Notes: generated by a model from the letters alone, not told the origin. Positions 36,910-47,134 are shown, counted from the stretch's first letter. The stretch is 64,000 bases of DNA from an uncultured Christensenellaceae bacterium (GCA_910586625.1 CAJUIZ010000003.1:55254-119253); one strand, 5' to 3'. Translations and numbers: made by a program.

Positions 36910-37794
36910 TTACCCCTTTACCGCTCCCGCCATTGTTCCGCCGATAATATACTTTTGCAATACGAAAAATACGATTATCATCGGGAAGGACACTATAACT
37001 GCGCCCGCAAGCTGAACGGTAATATCGTAATTGGTACCCATCAATTCCGCAAGCGAAGTGGATAACGTCCTTAGCGACGGGTCGGAATTGACTACGTACG
37101 GCCACAAATAGTTGCTGTAATTCCACATAAACGTGGTAATACACAGCACTATCAGCATCGGCTTGACAAGGGGCAGAACTATCCTGAAATAGATATAGAA
37201 CGGTCCCGCGCCTTCTATTTTGGCGGCTTCTTCTATCTCCTTGTCTACGCCCAAAAACTGTTGGCGCAACAGGAAAATATTGTACACGCTCATAACAAAA
37301 GGCATTATCAAAGCGAATAAGCTGTCCGTTATGCCCAAATAGTCGCAGATTAGGTAATTGGGCACAAGCATAATAGTACCGGGTACCATCATGGAAAACA
37401 GTATTACCTTGAATATATTGTCCCTACCGAAAAACCGCAGACGGGCGAAAGCGTAAGCCGCGATGGAATTGAGAAACAAGTTGGCTACGGTGTTGACAAC
37501 GCACACTATCATAGTGTTAAGAAACACCGCTCCCAAGTTCAGCGCTTCGAACGCTTGCTTGTAGTTGTCGAAATTGAAAATCAGTTTGCCGTTTTCGTCG
37601 ACGGGCAGCAAAGTAAATTCGTTGCCCAAATACGCGCTTTCGGTACGCAGGGACGAAGCTATCATCCAAACGTACGGGACGATAAACGTAAGACACAAAG
37701 CGATAAGTATAACGTATACCAACGTTTTACGCGTTACCGCGAAGGCGTTTACCCGCGACGGAAAACGCAGTTTATTTTTATTAGACGCCTTCAT
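36910..37794 (-). CDS. carbohydrate ABC transporter permease (MalG-like)
   Basis: Six transmembrane segments and the EAA loop IEEAAKIEGAGPFYIYFRIVLP. Confidence 0.9.
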   Translation of the reverse strand: MKASNKNKLRFPSRVNAFAVTRKTLVYVILIALCLTFIVPYVWMIASSLRTESAYLGNEFTLLPVDENGKLIFNFDNYKQAFEALNLGAVFLNTMIVCVVNTVANLFLNSIAAYAFARLRFFGRDNIFKVILFSMMVPGTIMLVPNYLICDYLGITDSLFALIMPFVMSVYNIFLLRQQFLGVDKEIEEAAKIEGAGPFYIYFRIVLPLVKPMLIVLCITTFMWNYSNYLWPYVVNSDPSLRTLSTSLAELMGTNYDITVQLAGAVIVSFPMIIVFFVLQKYIIGGTMAGAVKG

Positions 37795-38719
37795 TAGCAG
37801 TAATCTCCTTGTTTTTTACGCGGCGTTTGCGATCCGACCTACCGTTTTGCAAACGGAATTGTATCAAAGTAAACACAAGTATTATAAGGAACAGCAAATA
37901 CGACATCGCCGACGCCATACCGTAATCGCTGTCGCCGCGCATTATCGAATACAACTGGTACACATACGTGTGCATACTGTCTACATAAACGTCGTTAACA
38001 CCGTAAATGATGAGCATCTGTTCGCCTACCTGAAAACCGCCTATTAGACCCATAACAAGGAAAAAGAACACGGTAGGCATTACGCCCGGAACGGTAACGT
38101 ACCAAAAACGCTTGAAAGCGCCCGCGCCGTCCATTTCCGCGGCTTCGTACAGAGACTGGTCGATATTCTTCATTGCGCTTAGCATTATCAAAACGTTATA
38201 TCCCAACCCGCCCCAAACACTCATAAGAGCTATTACCAAAAGCGCGGTATTGTTGTTGTACAAAAAGTCGATATTGGTGCCGAACAGCTTGTTGATAACG
38301 CCGTCGCTTGACAAAAGCTGCTTCCACATAACCATTATCGCTACGCCTACCGTAACGGACGGTATGTAAAAAACCGTTTTGAAAAATTTTTCGCCCTTTA
38401 TCTTGGAATTGAGCAACGACGATACCGCCAACGTAAGAATTATGTTGGCGGGAACCGTAATCAGTATGTACAGGAATGTCGTTTTGAGAGACGACCAAAA
38501 CCAACTGTAATTGCCTTGCGCGCCGAGTAACGTCCAATAGTTATGAAAGCCGACAAATTCGTAATCGAATAAATGCTCCCACGAATAATTGGTAAAACTG
38601 ATGATTAGCGCGATGAGCATCGGCGCAAGCTGAAATATAACAAAATATATCAACAGCGGAGCGATGAAGCCGTAGCCTATCGCGTTGCGCTTTAGAATAC
38701 TCTTGGTCTTTTGTTTCAT
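37781..38719 (-). CDS. sugar ABC transporter permease (MalF-like)
   Basis: EAA loop YEAAEMDGAGAFKRFWYVTVP. Overlaps the downstream permease gene by 14 nt. Confidence 0.9.
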   Translation of the reverse strand: MKQKTKSILKRNAIGYGFIAPLLIYFVIFQLAPMLIALIISFTNYSWEHLFDYEFVGFHNYWTLLGAQGNYSWFWSSLKTTFLYILITVPANIILTLAVSSLLNSKIKGEKFFKTVFYIPSVTVGVAIMVMWKQLLSSDGVINKLFGTNIDFLYNNNTALLVIALMSVWGGLGYNVLIMLSAMKNIDQSLYEAAEMDGAGAFKRFWYVTVPGVMPTVFFFLVMGLIGGFQVGEQMLIIYGVNDVYVDSMHTYVYQLYSIMRGDSDYGMASAMSYLLFLIILVFTLIQFRLQNGRSDRKRRVKNKEITANEGV

Positions 38720-38731
38720 TTCGATCTCCGA

Positions 38732-40117
38732 TTATTTTAGATATCCCGCGGCGGATTGACGTATTTCCGCTAAAACCGCGTCCACGCTGCCAAGCGATTC
38801 TTTGTCGGGATCGACGTACTTGACAAGCGCGGTGGGAATACTCTTGTCGTTTACGTTCATCCAACCTGCGACGACGGGACGTACCTGCGCCGAAGCAAGC
38901 TGCTGCTGCACCACCGTATACAAATGCGTAACGGTTGCTTTCACCGTTTGGTTATCTTCCAAATCGGCAAATTCCTTAACCGTCGCATACTTGTCTACCG
39001 CGGCGAAATTGTTGGTGCATTTTTCAAACAAAGGCATACATTCGCCCGACACCAAAAACTTAACGAGTTGAAGAGCCTTGTCCTTATTGCCCGAGCGCGC
39101 GGGTATTACGAGATTTTCGCCGCCGATATTGGATACGGAGCCGATTGTCTCATTCTCGCTGGGAATGGGAATTGCGCGCATAGTCGTATACGTACGTGTT
39201 TTGAGATCGTTAATGGAAGAACTGTCCGCAAGACTGAACAGTATTTTGCCTGCGGGCGAAGCATTGCTTCCCGTAAAGCCAGTGCTTTCGTTGCGGATAG
39301 CTTTGGGCGACTTGTCGAACATATACTTGATCATATCGAAAGCCTTGGTAACTGTTCCGTCGTCGTTGGGCAATACAGTCTTGGTTGCTTCGTCGTACAT
39401 TGTACCGCCGGCAGCGGCAACGAATACCTGCGAATACCAACCGAGATAACCGCCGTTGCCCATACCGCCGAACAATGCGTAATCCGTTCCTATACCGCTT
39501 ATACTTTCGGCGAACGCCTTGAGATCGTTCCAAGTCTTTATGCTTTCAACACGCTCGATAGCTTGTTCGTCGCTCGTCAAACCGGTAGCTTTCTTGATTG
39601 TTTCCACATTGTAATACAATACCGAAGTATTGAGAGTAAGCGGAATTGCGTAAGTAGAACCGTTATAAACCGCCGTTTGCCACGCGCTCTTGTTAAACGC
39701 GCTTTTGTTAAAAGCAAACCCTGCGGCGTTATCCGATTCCACCGTTCCTTCGCGGGAATCGCTTTCCGTAATGTAATCGTCTAACTTCGTTATGTAACCG
39801 GGAGCTGCGTACTGCGCAAGGTTGGGTTGATCCAAATACATTACGTCGATGTCGATTTCCTTCTTGGTGCTTGTAAGCTTGCTGGAAACGGACGAATTGT
39901 AATTGTCCTTGCTTATCGACACGGGCTTGACCTTGATACCCGTTTCTTCGGTAAACTTGCCAAGCTTAGCTTTAAGCTCGTTATTCAAATCGTTCGTCAT
40001 AGCGTAATAGTAAAAAGATATCTCGTTGTCGCCTCCCTTATTGCACGCCGCAAGTACTGCAACCGCCGACGCGACAAGCAAGCATATTGTAAGAATTAAC
40101 GCTAATTTTCTTTTCAT
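38732..40117 (-). CDS. ABC transporter extracellular solute-binding lipoprotein (family 1)
   Basis: Lipobox LAAC, 461 aa, first gene of the transporter operon. Confidence 0.85.
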   Translation of the reverse strand: MKRKLALILTICLLVASAVAVLAACNKGGDNEISFYYYAMTNDLNNELKAKLGKFTEETGIKVKPVSISKDNYNSSVSSKLTSTKKEIDIDVMYLDQPNLAQYAAPGYITKLDDYITESDSREGTVESDNAAGFAFNKSAFNKSAWQTAVYNGSTYAIPLTLNTSVLYYNVETIKKATGLTSDEQAIERVESIKTWNDLKAFAESISGIGTDYALFGGMGNGGYLGWYSQVFVAAAGGTMYDEATKTVLPNDDGTVTKAFDMIKYMFDKSPKAIRNESTGFTGSNASPAGKILFSLADSSSINDLKTRTYTTMRAIPIPSENETIGSVSNIGGENLVIPARSGNKDKALQLVKFLVSGECMPLFEKCTNNFAAVDKYATVKEFADLEDNQTVKATVTHLYTVVQQQLASAQVRPVVAGWMNVNDKSIPTALVKYVDPDKESLGSVDAVLAEIRQSAAGYLK

Positions 40118-40157
40118 TTTGCCCTCCGAAATAGATTTATTGTAAGAATAATTAAAA

Positions 40158-40171
40158 TGTTAACGTTATCA
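40158..40171. promoter_or_regulatory. LacI/CcpA-type operator (TGTTAACGTTATCA)
   Basis: Near-palindrome 8 nt downstream of the -10 of the operon promoter. Identical 14-mer to 47150-47163. Confidence 0.55.
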
Positions 40172-40179
40172 ATGGCTAA

Positions 40180-40208
40180 ATTATATCACGGCGTCAAGCG
40201 CGTGTCAA
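40180..40208 (-). promoter_or_regulatory. consensus sigma-70 promoter of the ABC/GH30 operon
   Basis: On the minus strand: TTGACA, 17 nt, TATAAT. Confidence 0.65.
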
Positions 40209-40307
40209 TACCCAATTTTTGCAAAAAACCTAAAAAATTATAAAAAAATATAAAAATCGGAACATAAAAAACGCGCCGATAATTTCGGCGCGCATAAATA
40301 GCGTTAA

Positions 40308-41258
40308 TTATATTGTTTCTCCGACGTCTATCGTCGGCTCGATATAAATTCCCTTGCTAAGCCGAACGCCTTTTATAATGTCTACTACCGTATCGGCGAT
40401 TTTTACCCCCACTTCGTACAACGGCTGACGAACGGTGGCAAGCTTAGGGAAAACCGTGTTCTCGACTCCGAAGCCGTCGAAGCCGCTTACGGCTATATCG
40501 GACGGAATGGAAATACGTTTACGTTTGAGTAAATGTACAACGCCTACCGCCAACAAATCCGTAGCGCACACTATGGCGGATGGCTTACCGCGCTGCAACA
40601 GCTGCTCGCACGCTTCGAAGCCGTCGCTTTCGGAATTTTTAGCGCTTAACACGAAGTCGGGATTGACTTGCAGACCGCTGTCGCGTACAGCGTCCAAAAA
40701 ACCGTTTTTACGTTGAAGAACGAAATGCGAATTGTGGTCCAAACCTATATAAGCAAGGTTCTTATGCCCGCGCTCGATGATAAGCTTAGTCATATTGTAT
40801 ATCCCGCGGTAGTTGTCCACGTCCACCCAATTGCAAAAATGCTCGCTGTTGCCGTACAAGACGGTAGGCTTGACCTTGGCAATCTCGGCAAAGCTTGCTT
40901 CTTCGTCTATATGCAGACCTGCGGCGATAATACCGTCGAAGTTGTCGTCCAAGGACAAATTGCGCCGAAAGGTAAGGCTGTAACCAAGCGCGCCCAAGCG
41001 TTCGCCTATTGCGCTTACCGTTTGCGCGACGAAAGAGTCGCGTGCGTTAAGCGTGGACGGTATGTAAAGACAAATGTTATAAGCGAAGCCCGTAACAAGC
41101 GAACGGGCGACGCGGTTTTGCACGTATCCCGACGACTGCACCGCTTCCATAATTGTTCGCAACGTTTCGGGCTTGACAAGCTGCGGTTGATTGAGCGCGC
41201 GGGAAACCGTCATAATAGAAAAACCCGTCATTCGCGCTATATCTTTGATATTTACCAT
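40308..41258 (-). CDS. LacI family transcriptional regulator
   Basis: N-terminal HTH IKDIARMTGFSIMTVSRALN followed by a periplasmic-binding-protein-like effector domain. Confidence 0.9.
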   Translation of the reverse strand: MVNIKDIARMTGFSIMTVSRALNQPQLVKPETLRTIMEAVQSSGYVQNRVARSLVTGFAYNICLYIPSTLNARDSFVAQTVSAIGERLGALGYSLTFRRNLSLDDNFDGIIAAGLHIDEEASFAEIAKVKPTVLYGNSEHFCNWVDVDNYRGIYNMTKLIIERGHKNLAYIGLDHNSHFVLQRKNGFLDAVRDSGLQVNPDFVLSAKNSESDGFEACEQLLQRGKPSAIVCATDLLAVGVVHLLKRKRISIPSDIAVSGFDGFGVENTVFPKLATVRQPLYEVGVKIADTVVDIIKGVRLSKGIYIEPTIDVGETI

Positions 41259-41322
41259 TGTCTTTCACCTATTAGTGTAATTATCTCATTTTAGACATTA
41301 TTTGTCAAGATATAATACAATA

Positions 41323-41336
41323 TGTAATCGTTAACA
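41323..41336. promoter_or_regulatory. LacI/CcpA-type operator variant (TGTAATCGTTAACA)
   Basis: Lies upstream of a putative lacI promoter (minus strand: TTGACA at 41303-41308, 17 nt, GATAAT at 41280-41285). Confidence 0.4.
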
Positions 41337-41399
41337 TTTACAATTTTGTCAAAAAAAGGAGCTTCAGAAAGGAAGCTCCCGTTAGTTGTTATTTTCGAA

Positions 41400-44300
41400 T
41401 TACAAAGCCTTGACAGCGTCGCCGATTACCTTTGCGGTAAACTGCGCGCCTTCAACGGACAAATGCACGCCGTCGCCGCGGAAGAAACCGTTATATCCGC
41501 CTTCGGCAGCCGTCATTTCCGCATTAAGGTCTACAAGCGTAAGACCCAAATCCTGCGCTACCGAGCGCTGAATGGCGTTTACGTTATTTTTGATTACGTC
41601 GTTGGGAATGCCGAACTGGTTATTATCCAACGTGGGCGCGGACGTAACCAACAAAATCTTGGCATTCGGGCAAGCCGCTTGATACGCGGCAATAAGCGCG
41701 CGCAACTCGGTTTCGTAAGTTACGGAAGCGTTAGCCCAGCCGTTGGCGTCGTTTGCGCCGAGCATTATTACAATTACGTCCGGAGCGAAATTGACGCTGT
41801 CGGTGTACTGCTGCTGATTGGCGTACTTCAACGACGAACCGCCGAAGCCCGTAACGGACGCGCCGTTAAGACCGAAATTACCAACGTTGTAGCCGCCGCC
41901 AAGCTGCTCGGCAAGGTAGACGGGGTAGGATTCGTTATGCCAGCTGTGACCGTAGGTTATGCTGTCGCCCACCGCCGCAATCTTGATTGCGTTGGGGTCG
42001 GCAAGCTCCGCCGCGGGGCGTATGGCTATTTGCGGAGCCCAAGACTTCAAAGCAAAATACTTACCCGCTTCGGAATCGATAGGCGCATTGTCTTCGATAG
42101 TGCCGTTGATAACGGAATTGCCGCTGAGCGCAACCTTTTGTCCGTTGATATAAACGTTAATTAACGTTTTTACAACGTTATCGCCTTCGTAAACGTCCAA
42201 CATTACTATATCGAAGCGCGTAAACGCACCGGCGGTAAATCTCGGAAGCGAAGCAAGCGCAGTGCCGTCTTCGCGGGAGATAGTCATAGGATCGCTGTAA
42301 CCGTTAAGGACATATTTACTGCCTGTTACAGACTTATCGTTCGTTGTAGAGCGGAACCATATTTCGAAGCCGAAATCTCCGCTCGCGTTGACCCACAGTT
42401 CGAAGGAAATATGCGAAGTCTTACCGATTTCCTGATATACGTTGCCCCATTGAAGAATCATCGAATTGGTGGAACCGTCAAGCCAAGGTCTGTCGTTTCC
42501 GTCGCCTACTATATCCAACCAGCTCGCCGCGTCCAAAAAGGAAGCGTAATTGTTGGTTTTGGTTGTCGCAGAGTCTTCAAGCGCAACTTCGAATTGCAAT
42601 TCGAACGCGCGGACACCGTCGGACAATACTTCTACCGTAACGGCAGTCGTCCCCGTAAAACCGCAGGCTGTAACGGTCAAAATACCGTCGGAAACCGCAG
42701 CAGCCGCAATCGATTGGTTTGCAACCGTTACGTTGTAGGTAACCGTTGTGCCGTTGGCGTTTACGTATTGGGATAAATCTACCGTCTTGCTGTCGTCAGC
42801 GCAATAGTTGAGCGTGATATCGTCGATATCGCCGAGCTTGATAGCCGTGGGAACGTCCTTGCCTACACGGACGATACCCAAGGTATTGTAGGTGGTATTC
42901 GTAGTATTGCGGATAAAGTAGTAGTCGCTGCTGTCGCCTGCTACGTTGATTGCCTTGAACAATCTATCCGCAAGCCAACGGGAGTTGATATCCGCATATT
43001 TAGTTCCTGTATTTGTCGGAGTTAAATCCGTACCATTATGCAAGCGGATATAGTAATGTCTGCTTGCCGCGCCGTTTGCAGCACCGGCTTCTTCGGAGGA
43101 TTCCAGCTCGGAAATATCTACTTCGAATCTGAAAGCTCCTTCCGTTGCGGATTTATTGGCAACAATTAGTTTTTGCTTGCCTGTGCCGTCAGCCGTTTCG
43201 TCAAGTAACAAATAGAGCGTTCCGTCGTAGGCGGCGGTTGTAGTACCCGCTATAACCAAAGTCGCCTTACCGTCTATTACCGTGATATTTACTTCGTTGA
43301 GAACATATTTATCCTGTCTGTAATACACGGCGACACAATTGTTGTTAGTTCCGAGATAGAAACAGCTTGCATCCGTCCAGTAAACCTGAGTCATATCCAT
43401 TTCCGCAGGAGCAACGTTAACGGTGCTTGCGGTTACGTCGTTGACCTTGTATCTCAAATTAAACGGCGTATTTGTTTTGTTATATCCTTGAAGCGTTGCA
43501 AGCGGAAGTCTTGCGGTAAAGCTGCTACCGTCTATCACTGCTTCGACGTAATTGTCCGCGCTTGCCGCTACGTTGGTATTTATTAGATATACATACAGGT
43601 TACGTACGTTACGCACAGTTCCGCTTAGTACGAAATAGCCGTTGTCGAACGCTATCGAAGTTGCGGTGACGGTATAAGAACTGTCGTATTCCTTGACTTC
43701 TATACTGAACGTTTTAACCAAGCCGCCCTTATCGTTCCAAGACTTTACCGTAACGGACTTGTCCGTTGCGTAAAATACGTCGTCCGTCTTGATTGCAACG
43801 CCGCTTGCGTTAACCGCTTCTTCGTAGGATACGGCGTAGTATTCGCCGTCCGTAAAGTACATGCGGATATTGTACCAACCGCCTATGGGGCAGGTTGCAA
43901 GGTCGAAAGTAACGGTAAATTCGCCGTTAGCGCCCACTGTAATATTTTCGTAATGGTTGTATTTGCTGTCGTCTTTCGGATCGGCGCCTACGTAAAAACG
44001 TATGCCGTTATCGTTAGTAGTGCCTTCGATTGTAAGGTTGATTTTGCCGTCCTGCTCTGCTACCGTAACGGAATTAAGCGTCGCGGTGTTTTCCGAAACC
44101 GTCTGCGTGGTATACACTATCGCTACGTTTCCGCCCCAACCCGTAAACTTATAGACACGGTCTTCGAATTGATGAACAATGCTCTCGTCGTGATTGTACT
44201 TGACGTTTTGTTTGTCGCCGCCGTTTATAGACGACCACAGGTAGTACCATTCGTTATCGGCAAGCGTAAGCTGTTCAAGCCCTATTTGCGCCGTAAACGT

Positions 44301-47081
44301 TCCGTCGGTAAGTGTTACGTCTGCAAAGTATGCGTCGATATTTTCCTTGGTATTGTACAAATATAAGCGTAACGTTTCCACCGCGTCGTTTGCCGTACCG
44401 GTTATTACAAGATAGCCTTCGTTAAACTCCAAACGAGTAACTTCTATCAACGGAGCAAGCGGATTATATTCCGCAACGGTAAAGCTCAACGTTCCCGTGC
44501 CGCTGTCCGTCCAGGAAACGATAGTTATGGTTTTGTCTGCCGTATTGAAGCTTGCGCCGGCTGTCGCGGGCTGTCCGTCGACAGTAGTAGCCGCAAGCGG
44601 TACTACGAAGTAGGAAGTTGTAGTTCCGAAATACAAACGTACGTTTACGTAGTCAGTAGCTATATCCGCGCCTGCAAACAATTTGTCAAGGTCGTAGGTC
44701 ACTGTAAACGCGCCGTCCGTTATTACTACGTCTACGTATTCTCTCCAAACGTCGCCTGCGGGATTAACCCCCAAATACAGCCTGAGAGCGTCGGCGTTAG
44801 TAGTGCCCGTTAACGTAAGCTTCACTCCGTCCGTGGTGGTAATTGCGCTGCTCGTCAAGTTAACGTAGTTGTTATCTTCTATTTTGAGATTAAAACGGTT
44901 GCTCCACGACACCACCGTCGCTTTGCGCGTAGCTGTTGCAACAACGTCGCCCTGCGCGTGATCCGTATCGTCGAGAGTAACGACGTACGCAAAGCTCTCG
45001 GTCAAATAAATACGTATAATGTACCACTCGTTAGAAGTTAAGTCGTCTATTCGCATAGATACGCTGAACGTTCCGTCGGGGTTTAGCGTTATTGCTTGGT
45101 AACGTTCGTGTTCGTCGCTTATTTCCGCAACCAGACGGATATAGGACGTATCTTCGAATTCGATTTTGCCCGTAACGGTTAATATAAGCTGTCCTTCGTT
45201 TACCGAAAGCGCGGCTTTGATATTTTCGATATTGTATACGGGGTCGTTATATTCTGCGTCGATAGCGTCCAAAAATTCCTTGGTTAAGGCTTCGTCGCCT
45301 TCCGCAATTACCTTGGACAGTACTTCTACAAACATTGCGTAGCCGCGCGTTCCCGGGTGTACTCCGTCGCCGAACAGCAGGGACTTGTTTTGCGTGATTT
45401 CGTACAAGTCCACAAGCTCCATATCGCGTTCCGCGGCAATTTCTCTTTGAACGGGCGCTACGATATCGCGAATGTTGTCGTTGCTTATATCGTAAATGCT
45501 CGAATACGCGTACGGAACGGTACAAATAATTATACGCATATCCGAATTAACCGCAAGAAGTTCATCAAGCAGGTGGTTATACGCCGCCGCAAAGTTCTCC
45601 TTAGTGGTAGCCGGATCGTTGGACGACTTAGAGTCGTTTGTACCCATATTGATAATAGCAATATCGGGCACTATTGCCTGTACCCCCCCCCATTGCTTGT
45701 TCTGCAACCAAGGCACGGGTTCGCCGTTAGCGTCGACGCCTGTATCCGTGCGTACCGTCCGTCCGCTCTTGCCGAAGTTGACAACGTTGTACGCGCCGCC
45801 GAGCTTGTTTTGAAGCTGCGCGGGATAGCTTTCCGTATAAAAGTTGCTTGCGCCTGCGCCTTCGGTTATGGAAGCACCTATCGCCGCAATAATGGGCACG
45901 TCTTTTACGTCGGCATTTGCAACCGGCTTAATTTGGAAGAAATCGCAAGCGTCCCACACCTTTGCCACAAGCCAAGTACCCGTCTTGAAGCTGCCCACTT
46001 GGGTATGCTTGAGAACGTTGTCGGCAACTGTTATTTGCGTTGTATTCTCGCCTGCGGCAAGCGTCGCGCGCTCGCCGTTGACGTACAGCTTGATAGAGCA
46101 AACCGTACGCTCTGTCGCCGCGTCGACGGCTTCTTCGAATTCGATATCTATGCGATTCCACTTGCCCAATTCAAACGTGGACGTTACGCGCGCGGCAGAC
46201 TTGTCGCCCGCGGTAGACACCGAAATACGCAGCTCGCCGTATTCGTACGACAAGCGGTAACTGTTGTTATTGGCGTTGTCCTTTCCGTTAGAATTGAACC
46301 ACAGCTTGAAATCGTGCGTAGACTTGATCATAAAGGAAGCATTGGTAAGCTTCTCGCCGATGTTGACGGCTTGGTTTGCGCGGTGGAACTTGACGGAACC
46401 GTCGTTCAAAGCATAAACTATATCGCCGCCGTCGTTAGACGCGCCGTTGTTGTTGGTCATATACTCCCAATTGGAAGCGTCGTATACCTTGGCGTTCAAT
46501 TCCGCAAGAGTAGGTTTGTCGTCGGGCTGTCCGCCAGTCCATTGCGCGGTTAACGTTACGTCTCTGGCGGGCATAGAGAAAGTATCGCCCTGACGGTAAG
46601 TTTTAGACCCGTCGCTCCAACCTGCAAATTCGTGATTCGCCAAAGTAAACGTATTGGCGGCTACCGTCACGTTATCGCCCGTCTTGTAGCTCTTTGTTTC
46701 GGGAGCCGTTCCCGTTGCGGAAGAGTTGCCCTTTTCGTAGCGTACCGAATAAGTATCGGCGGCAGACGTACTTCTCCACTGCGCGGTTAGCGTTACGTCG
46801 TGATCAGGCATAACAAAAGTATCTCCCTTTTTGTAAATATTGGAGCCGTCGCTCCAGCCCGTAAATTCGTGACCGTCGAGTTGGAACGTTACGTCCGCAA
46901 CCGTGACCGTATCTCCGACCTTATATTCCTGCGCTTGGGGAGCTTCTCCCGTAGCCGAGCCGTTGCCCTTGTCGTAATATACCGAGTAAGTCTGCTGCTT
47001 GCACGCGGTTAAAATAAGCGTTGAGCTTATAGCCAAACAAACAGCCAGACACAGCAAAACAATTCGTCTGTTCCGTGACAT
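41400..47081 (-). CDS. 1893-aa multidomain surface lipoprotein with two Listeria-Bacteroides repeats, two LamG-like+SGNH/GDSL esterase units and about six uncharacterised repeat modules
   Basis: Lipobox LILTAC. Two repeats of ~75 aa, each starting YSV(Y/R)Y.KGN.SATG and ending DVTLTAQW. SGNH blocks are IAAIGASITEG..GTNDS..DGVHPG and IAAVGDSITYG..GANDA..DGVHLS. The tandem modules of about 110-130 aa carry a WYxIRxY(F/L) signature. Confidence 0.9.
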   Translation of the reverse strand: MSRNRRIVLLCLAVCLAISSTLILTACKQQTYSVYYDKGNGSATGEAPQAQEYKVGDTVTVADVTFQLDGHEFTGWSDGSNIYKKGDTFVMPDHDVTLTAQWRSTSAADTYSVRYEKGNSSATGTAPETKSYKTGDNVTVAANTFTLANHEFAGWSDGSKTYRQGDTFSMPARDVTLTAQWTGGQPDDKPTLAELNAKVYDASNWEYMTNNNGASNDGGDIVYALNDGSVKFHRANQAVNIGEKLTNASFMIKSTHDFKLWFNSNGKDNANNNSYRLSYEYGELRISVSTAGDKSAARVTSTFELGKWNRIDIEFEEAVDAATERTVCSIKLYVNGERATLAAGENTTQITVADNVLKHTQVGSFKTGTWLVAKVWDACDFFQIKPVANADVKDVPIIAAIGASITEGAGASNFYTESYPAQLQNKLGGAYNVVNFGKSGRTVRTDTGVDANGEPVPWLQNKQWGGVQAIVPDIAIINMGTNDSKSSNDPATTKENFAAAYNHLLDELLAVNSDMRIIICTVPYAYSSIYDISNDNIRDIVAPVQREIAAERDMELVDLYEITQNKSLLFGDGVHPGTRGYAMFVEVLSKVIAEGDEALTKEFLDAIDAEYNDPVYNIENIKAALSVNEGQLILTVTGKIEFEDTSYIRLVAEISDEHERYQAITLNPDGTFSVSMRIDDLTSNEWYIIRIYLTESFAYVVTLDDTDHAQGDVVATATRKATVVSWSNRFNLKIEDNNYVNLTSSAITTTDGVKLTLTGTTNADALRLYLGVNPAGDVWREYVDVVITDGAFTVTYDLDKLFAGADIATDYVNVRLYFGTTTSYFVVPLAATTVDGQPATAGASFNTADKTITIVSWTDSGTGTLSFTVAEYNPLAPLIEVTRLEFNEGYLVITGTANDAVETLRLYLYNTKENIDAYFADVTLTDGTFTAQIGLEQLTLADNEWYYLWSSINGGDKQNVKYNHDESIVHQFEDRVYKFTGWGGNVAIVYTTQTVSENTATLNSVTVAEQDGKINLTIEGTTNDNGIRFYVGADPKDDSKYNHYENITVGANGEFTVTFDLATCPIGGWYNIRMYFTDGEYYAVSYEEAVNASGVAIKTDDVFYATDKSVTVKSWNDKGGLVKTFSIEVKEYDSSYTVTATSIAFDNGYFVLSGTVRNVRNLYVYLINTNVAASADNYVEAVIDGSSFTARLPLATLQGYNKTNTPFNLRYKVNDVTASTVNVAPAEMDMTQVYWTDASCFYLGTNNNCVAVYYRQDKYVLNEVNITVIDGKATLVIAGTTTAAYDGTLYLLLDETADGTGKQKLIVANKSATEGAFRFEVDISELESSEEAGAANGAASRHYYIRLHNGTDLTPTNTGTKYADINSRWLADRLFKAINVAGDSSDYYFIRNTTNTTYNTLGIVRVGKDVPTAIKLGDIDDITLNYCADDSKTVDLSQYVNANGTTVTYNVTVANQSIAAAAVSDGILTVTACGFTGTTAVTVEVLSDGVRAFELQFEVALEDSATTKTNNYASFLDAASWLDIVGDGNDRPWLDGSTNSMILQWGNVYQEIGKTSHISFELWVNASGDFGFEIWFRSTTNDKSVTGSKYVLNGYSDPMTISREDGTALASLPRFTAGAFTRFDIVMLDVYEGDNVVKTLINVYINGQKVALSGNSVINGTIEDNAPIDSEAGKYFALKSWAPQIAIRPAAELADPNAIKIAAVGDSITYGHSWHNESYPVYLAEQLGGGYNVGNFGLNGASVTGFGGSSLKYANQQQYTDSVNFAPDVIVIMLGANDANGWANASVTYETELRALIAAYQAACPNAKILLVTSAPTLDNNQFGIPNDVIKNNVNAIQRSVAQDLGLTLVDLNAEMTAAEGGYNGFFRGDGVHLSVEGAQFTAKVIGDAVKAL
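45683..45691 (-). repeat. G9 homopolymer (coding strand) inside the 1893-aa ORF
   Basis: The plus strand has C9. The coding strand reads CAA TGG GGG GGG GTA (QWGGV) within the first SGNH domain. Confidence 0.95.
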
Positions 47082-47120
47082 TTTGCTTTGTTTCCCCCTT
47101 TATAATGGTAATCAAATTAG

Positions 47121-47134
47121 TGTTAACGCTAACA
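47121..47134. promoter_or_regulatory. LacI/CcpA-type operator (TGTTAACGCTAACA)
   Basis: Near-palindrome in the 5' leader of the giant lipoprotein gene. Confidence 0.5.

Noticed and set aside
45357-46553. Long antisense ORFs inside large genes (45357-46553, 41346-42164, 19886-20947, 14962-15624, 35812-36504 and others)
   Set aside because: They lie opposite genes with clear domain content, have Arg/Val-rich shadow-ORF composition and lack an RBS. They are typical antisense artefacts of codon bias.
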